Positions 1-10,429 are shown, counted from the stretch's first letter. The stretch is 64,000 bases of DNA from an uncultured delta proteobacterium (GCA_963806225.1 CAWDXG010000001.1:1024001-1088000); one strand, 5' to 3'. Made by a program: numbers and translations. Notes: generated by a model from the sequence alone, not told the origin.

Positions 1-771
1 TACCGCAAGATGGAGCAGGACGTGGAAGCGTTCTGGCGCTACGCATTCGACAACGCTCGCTTGACGGGCACGGACACCGTGGAGCGCGCTGCGGTGCGGC
101 TCGCCTCCGGGCTCGTCGGACGCTGGCCGGGCGGCGCACCGCTGGTCCTGTCGCCGGACCGCGATCGCGCCGAGCTTTCGGACGAGAACCGCTTCCTGTA
201 CCGGGACCTGGATCCGCTCGGGCACCGCTGCCCTCTCGGCGCGCACGTCCGCCGCGGTCATCCACGCGACATGCTCGGCACCTCCGCTGCCCATTCGCTC
301 ACGGCGTCGTCGCGCCATCGCATCATCAGGCGCGGTCGGCTGTACGGCTCGTGGTCTCGAAACGCCCAGCGGCGGACGCCCGGCGGAGAGCTGCTCGGCT
401 TCCGTCCTCCGGATGCCGCGGATCAGGGCGACAAGTGCGACGACAAGCGGGGGCTCATCTTCATCGCGCTGAACGCCGACATCCGCCGGCAGTTCGAGTT
501 CGTGCAGCAGACCTGGATCAACGCCCGCCAGTTTGGAAGGCTCTACGACGAGCGCGACGCGCTGGTGGGCGCCGACGTGAGGAGCTACCACGACCTCATG
601 AGCGGGCGGGACATACCCTGCGCGCGGAACTTCACATTGCAGGGCGAGCCTGTCAGGACCCGCCTCTTCGAGCTGCCGCGCTTCACACGGATACGCGGCG
701 GTGCCTACTTCTTCCTGCCGGGGCGGAGTGCGCTCCGCTATCTGGCGGGCGCGGGGAGCGCGCAGACATGA
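1..771 (+). CDS. Dyp-type peroxidase, C-terminal part (gene starts upstream of window)
   Basis: Open frame from base 1 (YRKMEQDV...); motifs CPLGAHVRRGHPRD, HRIIRRGRLYG, GLIFIALNADIRRQFEFVQQTW, GGAYFFLP typical of DyP peroxidases. Confidence 0.85.
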   Translation, partial: YRKMEQDVEAFWRYAFDNARLTGTDTVERAAVRLASGLVGRWPGGAPLVLSPDRDRAELSDENRFLYRDLDPLGHRCPLGAHVRRGHPRDMLGTSAAHSLTASSRHRIIRRGRLYGSWSRNAQRRTPGGELLGFRPPDAADQGDKCDDKRGLIFIALNADIRRQFEFVQQTWINARQFGRLYDERDALVGADVRSYHDLMSGRDIPCARNFTLQGEPVRTRLFELPRFTRIRGGAYFFLPGRSALRYLAGAGSAQT

Positions 772-1625
772 CCATGAAGGACTTCGACGGCCGCCTGGTA
801 GTGGTCACAGGTGCAGCGAGCGGCATCGGTCGCGAGACCGCGCTCGCGTTCGCCCGGGAAGGGGCGCGGCTCGCTGTGTGCGACGTGGACGAGCGCGGTC
901 TCGGCGAGATTGAGCGGGAGCTCGGAGGTCTGTGGAGCGGTGCCATCGTGCTGGCTCGGCGTGTCGACGTTGGCGACATCGACCAGATGCGCGGCTTTGC
1001 CGAGGAGGTCCACGGGCACGGTGTCGTCGACGTGCTGGTGAACAACGCCGGCGTCGGGCTTTCGGGCGGCTTCTTCGACACGTCGCTCGAAGACTGGGAC
1101 TGGATCCTGAAGATCAACCTGTGGGGCGTGATCCACGGCACACGGCTCTTCGTACCGCCGATGATCGAGCGCGGCACGGGCGGGCACGTCGTCAACGTGG
1201 CCTCGGCCGCGGGCTTCTTCAACGCGCAGTCCATGGCCGCGTACGGCACGACGAAGTACGGAGTGGTCGGCCTCTCGGAAGCGCTGCGTGACGAGTTGTC
1301 CTCGAAGAAGGTCGGCGTCACCACGATCTGCCCCGGCTTCATCAACACACGTATCATCCGCACCATGCCGATGCGCGGAGAGCGCGCCAGCAACACCGAC
1401 CGGGAGCGGGTGGTCGACATGTACCGGCGGCGGAACTACGGCCCCGAGAAGGTCGCCCGGGCTCTCCTCTCCGCTGTGCGTCACAACCGGGCGCTGGTGC
1501 CCGTGACACCCGAGGCGTGGGCTCTGTATGCGATGAAGCGCGCGGTGCCCGGGCTGATGCCGGCGCTGATGAAGCTCGGTGATCGCGCCATGTGGCGCGG
1601 ACGCGGTCCGGCGGAGGGTTCGTGA
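768..1625 (+). CDS. SDR family NAD(P)-dependent oxidoreductase
   Basis: TGAASGIG Rossmann motif, NNAG, NVASAAG, YGTTK catalytic motif; ATG overlaps upstream stop (ATGA). Confidence 0.93.
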   Translation: MTMKDFDGRLVVVTGAASGIGRETALAFAREGARLAVCDVDERGLGEIERELGGLWSGAIVLARRVDVGDIDQMRGFAEEVHGHGVVDVLVNNAGVGLSGGFFDTSLEDWDWILKINLWGVIHGTRLFVPPMIERGTGGHVVNVASAAGFFNAQSMAAYGTTKYGVVGLSEALRDELSSKKVGVTTICPGFINTRIIRTMPMRGERASNTDRERVVDMYRRRNYGPEKVARALLSAVRHNRALVPVTPEAWALYAMKRAVPGLMPALMKLGDRAMWRGRGPAEGS

Positions 1626-2488
1626 CCTCTGCTGCCGCAGCCGAGCAGGCGACGGCCGCTATCCAGCACCGCCGCGTCGACGTGGGTGGCGTCGAGCTGC
1701 ATCTGGCCAGCCTGGGGAGCGGGCGGCCCGTGCTGCTGCTGCACGGCTTTCCCGAGTTCTGGTACTCCTGGCGCCATCAGCTAGACGCACTCGCCGCCGC
1801 GGGGTTCCAGGCGCTCGCACCGGATCTCCGCGGCTACAATCTGTCCGACAAGCCGCGCCGTCGTTCCAGCTACCGGATCGATCGGCTGGTGGCGGACATC
1901 GTGGGACTGATCGACGCACTCGGGTTCGAGCGCGTACCTGTCGTCGCCCACGACTGGGGCGGCATCATCGCCTACTGTCTCGCCGAGCAGCATCCTGAGC
2001 GCGTCGAGCGCCTCGCGATCCTGAACGCGCCGCATCCCGAGCTGTTCCGGCAGGCGGTACGGCACCCGCCGCAGCTCTGGCGGTCGTGGTACACGTTCTT
2101 CTTCCAGCTGCCGTGGCTGCCGGAGTGGGTCGTGACGCGGCGTCGCGTGATGGAGGCCACCCTGAGCGGCTGGGCCCGGCCCGGCGCGTTCAAGAGCGAA
2201 GACATCGACCGCTACGTCGAGGCGATCCGCCGTCCGCGCGCGGCGACCTCGATGCTCAACTACTACCGCGCCGCGTTCAGCGTCCCGGTGCGCGCGCCGA
2301 ACCCGATCCAGGTCAAGACGCTGATCCTGTGGGGCGACCGCGACCGCGCGCTCGGTCCCGAGCTGCTGGACGGCATCGAGCGCTACGTGCCGGACGTGAC
2401 CGTCCGCCACCTGCCCGACGCCGGCCACTGGGTGCAGTACGACGCGCCGGACGAGGTGGCGCGGGAGCTGCTCGCCTTTCTGGGTTGA
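1622..2488 (+). CDS. Alpha/beta hydrolase (epoxide hydrolase-like)
   Basis: LLHGFPE, DLRGYNLS, HDWGG (Asp nucleophile), GHW; GTGA overlap with SDR stop. Confidence 0.92.
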   Translation: MTSAAAAEQATAAIQHRRVDVGGVELHLASLGSGRPVLLLHGFPEFWYSWRHQLDALAAAGFQALAPDLRGYNLSDKPRRRSSYRIDRLVADIVGLIDALGFERVPVVAHDWGGIIAYCLAEQHPERVERLAILNAPHPELFRQAVRHPPQLWRSWYTFFFQLPWLPEWVVTRRRVMEATLSGWARPGAFKSEDIDRYVEAIRRPRAATSMLNYYRAAFSVPVRAPNPIQVKTLILWGDRDRALGPELLDGIERYVPDVTVRHLPDAGHWVQYDAPDEVARELLAFLG

Positions 2489-2519
2489 GCAGGCGGCCGC
2501 ACCGCGCGCAGCCGGACGT

Positions 2520-3909
2520 TCAGTCCTTCAGGGAGCCGCCGCGCAGATCGTAGCGCTGCAGGAGCCGGTAGAGGTACATGCGGTCCATCTTGGCCTGCCG
2601 CGCGGCCTTGCTGATGTTGCCGCCCGCGGACTCGATGAGCGCGGCGAGGTAGCGCTGCTCGAAGTCGGAGATGACCTTCTCTTTGGCGACCTTGAACGGA
2701 ACCGACAGATCGACGGTCGCGGTCGTGGGTTTTGCGGGCGGCGAGGTGGAAAGCGAGCGCCGCTCGGACGCCGGTGCCGCCTGTTCCAGCACCACGGTGC
2801 GTTCGACGTAGTTCCTGAGCTCGCGCACGTTGCCCGGCCAGTCGTGCCGCTGCATGTCGGCGATCACCTCGGGCGTGAACAGGTGCGTGGCTTCCTCGGC
2901 GTTCATCGAGCGCAAAAGCACCCGCACCAGGAGCGGCAGATCGCCGAGGCGCTTGCGCAGCGGCGGAATGCGTACCGTCACTACCGACAGGCGGAAGTAC
3001 AGGTCCTCGCGGAAGCTGCCACGATTGACCTCGCTCTCGAGCCGGCGGTTCGTCGCGGCGATCACGCGCACGTCGATCTTGCGCGGGTCGTTCTCGCCGG
3101 CGCGCCGGATCTCGCGTGCTTCGATGGCGCGAAGCAGCTTGGGCTGCATGTCGAGCGGCATCTCGCCGATCTCGTCGAGGAATATGGTGCCGCCGTCCGC
3201 GGCTTCGAACGCTCCGATGCGGTGGCGATCCGCGCCGGTGAAGGCGCCCTTGGCGTGGCCGAACAGCTCGCTCTCGATCAGGTTCGGGAGAGATGGCGCC
3301 GCAGTCCACGATCAGGAACGGTCGCTCGGCGCGCGGTCCGCGCCGCTCGAGCTCCATCGCAACCAACTCCTTGCCGGTACCGCTCTCGCCTTCGAGCAGC
3401 ACCGTGGCGTCGCTGCCGGAGACCTTCTCGAGCACGCCGAACAAGCGGCGCATGAGCAGGGACTCGCCGTACAGCTCGCCGAAAGACGACCACTGCGGCA
3501 CAGAGGCCACCGCGCCGGGCCCGAGCTCGCGCACCCGCACGACCGAATCGCCGAGCTCGATGTGGCAGTCGGGCAAGGGTAGGTCCGCGTCCCGCACGCG
3601 CACGCCGTCGAGGCGCGTGCCGTTCAGCGACCCGTTGTCGGACATCGTCCAACCGCTGTCTCCTCGCGCCAGCCGGCAATGGAACCGGGACACGAGCGGA
3701 TCGGACAGGACCAGATCATTGCTGGAGTGCGAGCCGAGCCGGAACAGATCGCCGTCGAGCACGACCGAGCGCTGGCTCTGTTGCCCTGCTTCGCGTTCCA
3801 CGACCAACTCGAGCCGGGGGATCACCACGGCCGTGGTCAAGCCGCCTCTGAGCGTGGGCAGGGTGCCGCCGCCCGCCCCCGAGCTGCCGGCGCTGTCTGC
3901 GGGGCTCAT
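2520..3909 (-). CDS. FHA-domain sigma-54-dependent transcriptional activator (FHA-AAA+-Fis HTH), +1 frameshift near 3287
   Basis: FHA (GSH..D..VSRFH..SLNGT), GESGTGKE; removing one base restores [24 protein letters not shown], then WPGNVREL and a C-terminal HTH. Confidence 0.9.
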
Positions 3910-4100
3910 TGCCTCGATCCTACGCCAGCCAGGCCGCACTGCACCGCCCGAAAAAAATCGAGGGCTGGAGGCAGCAACTGCTGTCTACCGGCAGCAGCAA
4001 TCGGGGGCTCAACGCATTGCGTCGTAACATCGAAATGTAGTGATTCCAGTAGGTTATGGCTCCGCCCGCTTATGGAACGACTCTTGGATGGCAGGGGCGC

Positions 4101-5060
4101 ATGAAGCCGGTGGCAGCGCTCGTACTCGTGGGACTCCTCGGCTTGAGCCGTGGAGGCGCGGGCTACCCGGCTTCCGATCACTCTCCGTCCCCCGTCGAGG
4201 TCGCACCAGCCCGCCCCGCGACCCCGGCGGGGACGGTTTTTCCGTCCCGCAGCATCCAGGTCACTCCCGTCGCGCGCCACGCGCTCTCCGGGGACGCCAT
4301 CAGCCTGACGACCCGCAGCGGCAAGCTCGTCTCGATCCCGGGTGGCTGTGCCTCGGTCGACGGAGCCTACAACGTCACGCTGCACTTCCACGGCGTACCG
4401 AAGAAGGTGGAAGCCGCATTCGAACACGCCGGCGTGCCCGGTGTTCTCGTCGTCATCAATCTGGGTATCGGCTCCGGGAAGTACGAGAAGGCGTTCGCGC
4501 GCGAGGGCGCGCTCGAGACCATGCTGCAGAAGGTCGACGACGTTGTCGGCGAGCAGTGCCCCGAGGCGGACCACCACGTGGGCCGCGTCGCGCTCAGCGC
4601 GTGGAGTGCCGGCTACGGCGCCGTCTATCGGGTCCTGTTCCACACCGACGAAGCCGATCGGGTCGACGCGGTGCTGCTGTCGGATGGACTTCACGTCGGC
4701 TTCGGCGACAAGGGCTACCGGCAGGTCGATCCGCTGCAGATGGAGCCGTACGATCGCTTCGCCGACGAGGCCGTGGACGGCCTGAAGCTGATGGCCATCA
4801 CGCACTCGTCGATCGTGACGCCGAAGTACGCCGACACCACCGAGACCGGCGACTACCTGCTCCGCTCGCACGGTGTTGCGCAAGAGAGCGAGGACCGGCC
4901 CGGGCCCATCAAGGGCATGGTGGAAGTTTCGCACGGCGAGAAGAGTGGCCTCAGCATCACCGGCTACGCGGGTGCCGACAAGAAGGCGCACTGCCACCAG
5001 CTCGACTCGATCGGCACGACGCTGTTCCCGCGCCTGGCCCAGCGCTGGTCAGAGCGCTAG
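4101..5060 (+). CDS. Secreted hypothetical protein, probable alpha/beta-hydrolase fold
   Basis: Signal peptide; LHFHG, ALSAWSAGYGA nucleophile-elbow-like motif, LLSDGLH. Confidence 0.65.
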   Translation: MKPVAALVLVGLLGLSRGGAGYPASDHSPSPVEVAPARPATPAGTVFPSRSIQVTPVARHALSGDAISLTTRSGKLVSIPGGCASVDGAYNVTLHFHGVPKKVEAAFEHAGVPGVLVVINLGIGSGKYEKAFAREGALETMLQKVDDVVGEQCPEADHHVGRVALSAWSAGYGAVYRVLFHTDEADRVDAVLLSDGLHVGFGDKGYRQVDPLQMEPYDRFADEAVDGLKLMAITHSSIVTPKYADTTETGDYLLRSHGVAQESEDRPGPIKGMVEVSHGEKSGLSITGYAGADKKAHCHQLDSIGTTLFPRLAQRWSER

Positions 5061-6890
5061 CGCGTCCGGACACCTGACCGCGGCCTTCGTCGCCGAGTCC
5101 GGGTCGAGGAACAGCTTGAGCGAGTCTACCTGCAGGTTCCCCTGGAAGCCGGTGACGTACAGTCCCGTGCACAAGACCTCGCGCTTCAGGCCGTCACTGT
5201 AGCGCAGCACGGACGTGTGCGCGCTCTTGCCCGCCGCTCGCACCTCGACCACGACGCCGCGATCCACGAGATCCGGCGTGTCGACGTGGATGCGCGCGGG
5301 TTGTCCGCTGTCGGTGACCGCGCCGATGCACTTGGCCGTGCCCAATCCCTCGATCCGGAGGCAGACCTGTGCGCCCGGCAGAGTGCCGCTGTTCGAGCGA
5401 ACCGGGCCGACCCTGAGGAGCCAGCTCTGATCCACTTCCAGGCCGTCGCCGCAGACGCCCGGACCACAATCCCGCCCCGAGGGGCAGCACGCACAGATGC
5501 CCGCGTCGTGGTCGCAGTTGTCCGGCAGCACGGCGGTCGGCGAGAACACCGGCACCTCGCTTGCCGCCGGCGCTGCGCCCGCTTCAGGGGGGGCCGCGCT
5601 GGCGCTCGCGGGCGGCTCCGCTACGGGCAGCTGCGGCGGCGGAGTCGGTGCGGATCGCGAGCCGGTAGGTCCCACGTCGCGCAGCACGGCGAACGCGGCG
5701 CCGGCGCCTGCCAAGAGCAGCAGCACCAGGCCCACCGACAGCGCTCGACTGCGGCCGGCGGGCTCGGGCGTCGACTGCGCTGTGGGCGCTTTCGGCGCTG
5801 CATGGCCCGCGGCGCCGGCACCCGATGCCGCGGTCGGTTGTGCGGGCGGTCCGGGCTCGGGGTGCCCCAACAGCTCTGTCGGCGCCTGCGAGCGCGGCAG
5901 AGCCGTATCGACCTGCTCCGCGGTGCGCCCGAGCATCGCGCCGGGGCTGGCGACGGCGGTGGGCCCGGAGCCGGGTAGCGAGCCCGGTGCCGCCTCGGGA
6001 CGCACGATCGCGCCCGTCCGCGCCGCGAGGTCGCAGCTCGCCGAGAGCTCGGTGCCGTTCTGGATACGGTCGCTGGCGTCGACCGCGAGACACCGCCTGA
6101 GCAGCTCGCCCCACGCGCCGTCGGGAAGCTGCTCGGGCCAGCTGGCTCCGCTCTCGGCAGCCCGCCGGTAGGCGAGACCGTACTCGACGAGCGAAGCGCG
6201 CTGGAGCCCGGTGGGGTGTGGGCTGCCCACTACGAGCTGCCAGGCGAGCACGCCGAATGCGAACACGTCGACGGTCGGTACCGAGCCCTTCGCCTTGAAG
6301 AACGACGGATCCACGACCTCCGGTGCGAGGAACGCGAGCGTGCCGATCACGGCGTTCAGCGCGGTGAGCGGCTGGGGGTTGCCTTCCTCCGCTGCGATGC
6401 CGAAATCGACCAGCTTGACGGTGGACGGGTCTCCGGGGTTTTCGAAGAACGAGCTCGAAACCAGGATGTTGTCCGGTTTGAGATCGCGGTGCACCACGCC
6501 CTGGTCGTGCACGTAGGCCAGCGCGTGGGCGAGGTGGCGGAGCAGGGCCGCTCGCTCGTCCGGACCGAATCGCGGATCGGTCTTCACCCGGCGCAGCGAC
6601 GTACCGTCCACCAGCTCCATCGCCACGCCGAGCAGATCGCGTTTGAGATCCTCGAACAGGCCCTCGCAGTGCACCAGCGACGGGTGCTCCAGCCGCGTCA
6701 GCGCGCGCGCTTCGCGGCGCACGCGCTCGGCGTCGGCCGGGCGCGCATGCTTGATCTCGACGAGCTTCAGCGCACAGGGCTTTTCGGGATGGAGCGGATC
6801 CTCCGCCTTCCACACCGCGCCCTGACCGCCTTCCCCGAGCGGCTCGAGCAGCACATAGCGATCGATCCGCGTACCGGGGGCGAGCTCCAC
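5049..6890 (-). CDS. Membrane Ser/Thr protein kinase with Cys-rich extracytoplasmic domain
   Basis: LGEGGQGAV, ALK, HRDLKPDN, DFG, APE; Pro/Ala linker, TM helix, C-terminal Cys-rich domain. Confidence 0.92.
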   Translation of the reverse strand: MELAPGTRIDRYVLLEPLGEGGQGAVWKAEDPLHPEKPCALKLVEIKHARPADAERVRREARALTRLEHPSLVHCEGLFEDLKRDLLGVAMELVDGTSLRRVKTDPRFGPDERAALLRHLAHALAYVHDQGVVHRDLKPDNILVSSSFFENPGDPSTVKLVDFGIAAEEGNPQPLTALNAVIGTLAFLAPEVVDPSFFKAKGSVPTVDVFAFGVLAWQLVVGSPHPTGLQRASLVEYGLAYRRAAESGASWPEQLPDGAWGELLRRCLAVDASDRIQNGTELSASCDLAARTGAIVRPEAAPGSLPGSGPTAVASPGAMLGRTAEQVDTALPRSQAPTELLGHPEPGPPAQPTAASGAGAAGHAAPKAPTAQSTPEPAGRSRALSVGLVLLLLAGAGAAFAVLRDVGPTGSRSAPTPPPQLPVAEPPASASAAPPEAGAAPAASEVPVFSPTAVLPDNCDHDAGICACCPSGRDCGPGVCGDGLEVDQSWLLRVGPVRSNSGTLPGAQVCLRIEGLGTAKCIGAVTDSGQPARIHVDTPDLVDRGVVVEVRAAGKSAHTSVLRYSDGLKREVLCTGLYVTGFQGNLQVDSLKLFLDPDSATKAAVRCPDALAL

Positions 6891-6929
6891 GGAGCGGAGT
6901 CTAGCTCTACTCCGGCGTGATGTGTCGGA

Positions 6930-7769
6930 TCAGGGCTTCTTGAAGTGCAGGATACCCCAGGCGAGGTAGCCCTTCTTGCCCGCGTCGACCCAGTGGCCGA
7001 GCCCCTGGATCATGCGATCCACGTACGCCGCGCTCGACAGCTTGATCATCTCGTCGTAACGGGACGTGAGCTCCTCGCGCACCCGACCGTAGTGCCGCAC
7101 CAGCTGCTCGGTGAGGTTCACGCACTCGACCTCTTCCAGGCCGAGCTCCCGCGCCGCTTCGCGGTAGAAGCGGAACGAGCCGAGCGAGTCGAGATGGATG
7201 CGCTCGAGTACCGGCGCGAGCAGCGTCTGGTCCGGCACGTCATCGGCCTGCATCGGATCCGTGAAGATGAACTGCCCGCCGGGCCGGAGCACGCGGGCGA
7301 CCTCCTGCAGCACCTTCTTGCGGTTGCCGCTGTGCAGGATTGCGTCCTGCGACCACACGACGTCGTAGCTCTGGTCGGGCTTCGGGATTTCCTCGAAGTT
7401 GGCGTGTACCACTTCGATGAGCTCGCCCAGACCCTGCTCGTTGCTCAACTTGCGGTTGCGCGCGTTCTGGGTCTCGCTGAGGTTGAGGCACGCGACGTGG
7501 CAGCCGTGCGTGCGGGCCAGATACCGCCCCGCGCCGCCGTAGCCTGCCCCGATGTCGAGGACCTGGGCGTTCTGCCCGAGGCCCTGGATCATCGACGCGA
7601 TGCGCTCGACCGTCTTCTTGCTGGCCGCGACGATGGGGTCCTTCTCGCCGTCGTACAGGCCGATGTGGATGTCTTCGCCACCCCAGATATTGAAGTAGAA
7701 CTGATCGGCGTCGTTGCTGTCGTAGTACTTCTCTGCGACCTCGACGACGGATTGGGCTTGTTGGGTCAC
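6930..7769 (-). CDS. sdmt: Sarcosine/dimethylglycine N-methyltransferase
   Basis: YYDSNDADQFY..IWGGEDIHIGLY, VLDIGAGYGG, VWSQDAILHSG, FTDPMQAD, LAWGILHF; GTG start with GGAG RBS. Confidence 0.9.
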   Translation of the reverse strand: MTQQAQSVVEVAEKYYDSNDADQFYFNIWGGEDIHIGLYDGEKDPIVAASKKTVERIASMIQGLGQNAQVLDIGAGYGGAGRYLARTHGCHVACLNLSETQNARNRKLSNEQGLGELIEVVHANFEEIPKPDQSYDVVWSQDAILHSGNRKKVLQEVARVLRPGGQFIFTDPMQADDVPDQTLLAPVLERIHLDSLGSFRFYREAARELGLEEVECVNLTEQLVRHYGRVREELTSRYDEMIKLSSAAYVDRMIQGLGHWVDAGKKGYLAWGILHFKKP

Positions 7770-7779
7770 TCTCCGCCCG

Positions 7780-8610
7780 TCATTCGTGGAAGGTCTTGGA
7801 AGCAACGTGGACCAGGAAGTCCGGGTCGTGTTCCTTGTACGTCTCCTGGAAGTCCCCGTACGTGGTGACGTCCTGGAAGCCGACCTGCTTCACGAGGTTG
7901 GTGACGTAGCGCTTCCTCAGCGGGAACATGTTCAGATGGAACACTGAACCGTCGGGGAACTCGTAGCGGAACCGCGCCAGGCCCTCGTCCATGTGCTCCG
8001 GTTCCGCCCTCACATCGTCGCCGCAATAGTAGTACGTGTGCTTCGAGTTGAAGCCGTGATCGAGGATCGCGTCGTAGTTGCGCTGGTCCAGGATCAGCAC
8101 TCCGTCGTGGCGCAATGCCGCATAGAACTCGGCCAGCGCGCGGCGCCGGTCTCGTTCGTCGAAAAGGTGCGTGAACGAGTTGCCGAGGCAGATCACCGCG
8201 TCGTACTTGTCGTGCACGTCGCGGTTGAGCCAGCGCCAGTCGGCATGGATCGTGCGGAGGATGAAGTCCTCCTTGCGGGCGTTCTCGAACGCCTTGGAGA
8301 GCATCTGCGCGTTGCCGTCGGCGCTCGTCACCTCGAACCCGGCCTTGAGTAGCTGCAGCGAGTGGAAGCCGGTGCCTGTTGCGACGTCCAGGATCTTCCG
8401 CTTTCCGAGCCGCTTGAGGAGCTCGATAAAGAAGCTGCCCTCACTCTCGGCGCGGGCGTTCCAGTCGATGAGCTCGTCCCACTTCTCGACGAAGGTCTGG
8501 ACGTACTCTTCCTGGTAGTGATCCGTTTCGCGGACCTTCAGCGGGGCATCCCCGTACTCTTGCCCGCGCTTCTGGCTGTTGTTTTGCGTCGACTTGGCAG
8601 ACAGCGTCAT
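7780..8610 (-). CDS. gsmt: Glycine/sarcosine N-methyltransferase
   Basis: FVEKWDELIDW, LDVATGTGFHS, ICLGNSFTHLF, DQRNYD, HTYYYCG, TYGDFQETY; directly upstream of SDMT. Confidence 0.92.
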   Translation of the reverse strand: MTLSAKSTQNNSQKRGQEYGDAPLKVRETDHYQEEYVQTFVEKWDELIDWNARAESEGSFFIELLKRLGKRKILDVATGTGFHSLQLLKAGFEVTSADGNAQMLSKAFENARKEDFILRTIHADWRWLNRDVHDKYDAVICLGNSFTHLFDERDRRRALAEFYAALRHDGVLILDQRNYDAILDHGFNSKHTYYYCGDDVRAEPEHMDEGLARFRYEFPDGSVFHLNMFPLRKRYVTNLVKQVGFQDVTTYGDFQETYKEHDPDFLVHVASKTFHE

Positions 8611-8836
8611 GCCACCTCGCTTTGCATGGAAATGAAGGGATGCACCGACCTGGTGGCCGGTGAAACCGGGGCTTCAACCCCTACGCCCTTTCACACACTC
8701 GTCACGGAGCAGAAAACTCCGCGCGAGCCGCGGCGGACGAAATTCGGCTCTGATAGTTAGCAAGCCTCCGCTCGCTTGTCGAGCCAGCGAAGGAAAATAG
8801 TGGAGTTCCGGCTACCTAGCCGGCAGACCGCGCGCT

Positions 8837-10336
8837 CTAGCTGGCCGTCGACGCGTGCACGAAGTGCGAGCGTTCGCGCACTGTCGTCCAGCGACGGAAG
8901 GTCGACAGGACGTGCTCGTCGCCGCTCTGGAGCTTCTCGAACAGGTAGTCCTGGATGCCCTTGTGCACGGCGCACAGATGGCTTTCCCGCATGCGTCCCT
9001 GGATCGACCCCTGGCTCGCGTAGTTGTGCACCGGGCAAACGCCGCAGTAGGGGTTGTAGACGCAGTTCACGCAGTCCGGCTGGGCGTCCAGATTCGAAGC
9101 GACAAGCAGCGAGCGCACCGTGTCGTGCGTCATCAGGTCCCGGTAGCTGCTCGTACCGACCTCGCCGATGAGGAATGCGCTGTCACCCATCTGGTGCACC
9201 ATCCGCCCCTCGTCGCAGGTGAACACCTTGCCGTCGTAGTTGTAGGCGACCTGGCCGATCCCGGCGCCACAGGGCGAGCGGATATCGAGGAAGTTCGGGT
9301 CGTCGTTGGTGAGGATCTTGGTGAGGAAGATGGACGCGAAGCGTTCCAGGACCTGCACGCCCTCTCGGTTCAGCTCGAGCATGTAGTCGACCGCCGTGCG
9401 GTAGAAGTCGAGGTAGCGGCGCCTCTCGTATTCCACCGTGGACGCCGTGGTGCTGGCGAAGCCGAAGGGGTCGACGGGACGCAGGAACAGCGCGTGGCAG
9501 CCGAGGTCGACGTACGTGTCGACGATCTGCTTGGGATAGTCGAGCGCCGCGCGCGTCGTCGTGAGCAGGGCTTCGACGTGGTAGAGGACCGGGTCGAGAC
9601 CGGACTCGATGTAGCGGTCGTTGATGCGACGGATCCATCCCGCCGCTTTCTGGTAGGCGTTGTCGCTCGGCAGGACCCGCTGCTTGTTGTGGAGCTTCTC
9701 GGGGCCGTCCACGCTGGTGCAGATCTGGACTCTGCGCGAGGCCAGGTATTCGAGCACGTCGTCGGTCATCAGGCTCAGGTTCGAGACCAGGGTGAACTCG
9801 AGGTCCTTGCCGTACGCGCGGTTCTTCTCCAGCGCGTACTCGATGAGGTGCTTGACGACCGGGAAGTTGGCCAGCGGTTCGCCTCCCTGGAATTCGATCG
9901 TTACGCGCGGAGACGTGGTTTGCAGGATCAGGTCCACGGTGCGTTCGGCGACTTCCGGCGTCATGTCGGTATCGACGCGGTCCATCGTTGCCCGGCTCGC
10001 GTGGCAGTAGACGCAGGTCTCGTTGCAGCGCAGCGTGACCACGACCACGTGGAGATTCGGGCCGTAGTTCAGGAAGCGCTTCTTCGTGCGCAGGCGCTCG
10101 GCGAGCGCGTTCCGATCGAGCCCTTCGCGGAGGAAGTTGGCGCTGGCCAGACGCTCTTCGAGCGGTGACCCGCCTTCGAGCTCACCCCGGCTGATGCGCG
10201 CCAGCTCCTCGGGGCTCACGAACACCCAATCGCCAAAGTGGCTGGTCAGGAGCACCTGTTCGCCCACGGGTCGAAACCGGAACGGGACCAGGCGCCCCGT
10301 CTCGGGGCGGGGGCCAAGCTGGATCGGAAGGGTCAT
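8837..10336 (-). CDS. hxsB: His-Xaa-Ser system radical SAM/SPASM maturase HxsB
   Basis: N-terminal PFRF..VLLT..G; TLRCNETCVYCHAS; IEFQGGEPL; SPASM motifs RSPCGAGIGQVAYNYDGKVFTCDEGRM and CVNCVYNPYCGVCPV. Confidence 0.88.
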   Translation of the reverse strand: MTLPIQLGPRPETGRLVPFRFRPVGEQVLLTSHFGDWVFVSPEELARISRGELEGGSPLEERLASANFLREGLDRNALAERLRTKKRFLNYGPNLHVVVVTLRCNETCVYCHASRATMDRVDTDMTPEVAERTVDLILQTTSPRVTIEFQGGEPLANFPVVKHLIEYALEKNRAYGKDLEFTLVSNLSLMTDDVLEYLASRRVQICTSVDGPEKLHNKQRVLPSDNAYQKAAGWIRRINDRYIESGLDPVLYHVEALLTTTRAALDYPKQIVDTYVDLGCHALFLRPVDPFGFASTTASTVEYERRRYLDFYRTAVDYMLELNREGVQVLERFASIFLTKILTNDDPNFLDIRSPCGAGIGQVAYNYDGKVFTCDEGRMVHQMGDSAFLIGEVGTSSYRDLMTHDTVRSLLVASNLDAQPDCVNCVYNPYCGVCPVHNYASQGSIQGRMRESHLCAVHKGIQDYLFEKLQSGDEHVLSTFRRWTTVRERSHFVHASTAS

Positions 10337-10429
10337 TCGTGCCTCGGATCCAGCATGGCGCCGGCCCGGGGTAGGTGCCCATGACCGGCGTCATCCGGGC
10401 GCGCCGGGGGACGTGTCAACGTGGGATCG

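Noticed and set aside
10337..10429. Precursor peptide or sigma-54 promoter in the hxsB/hxsC spacer
   Set aside because: No His-Xaa-Ser ORF; only a weak GG-N10-GC match that could be chance
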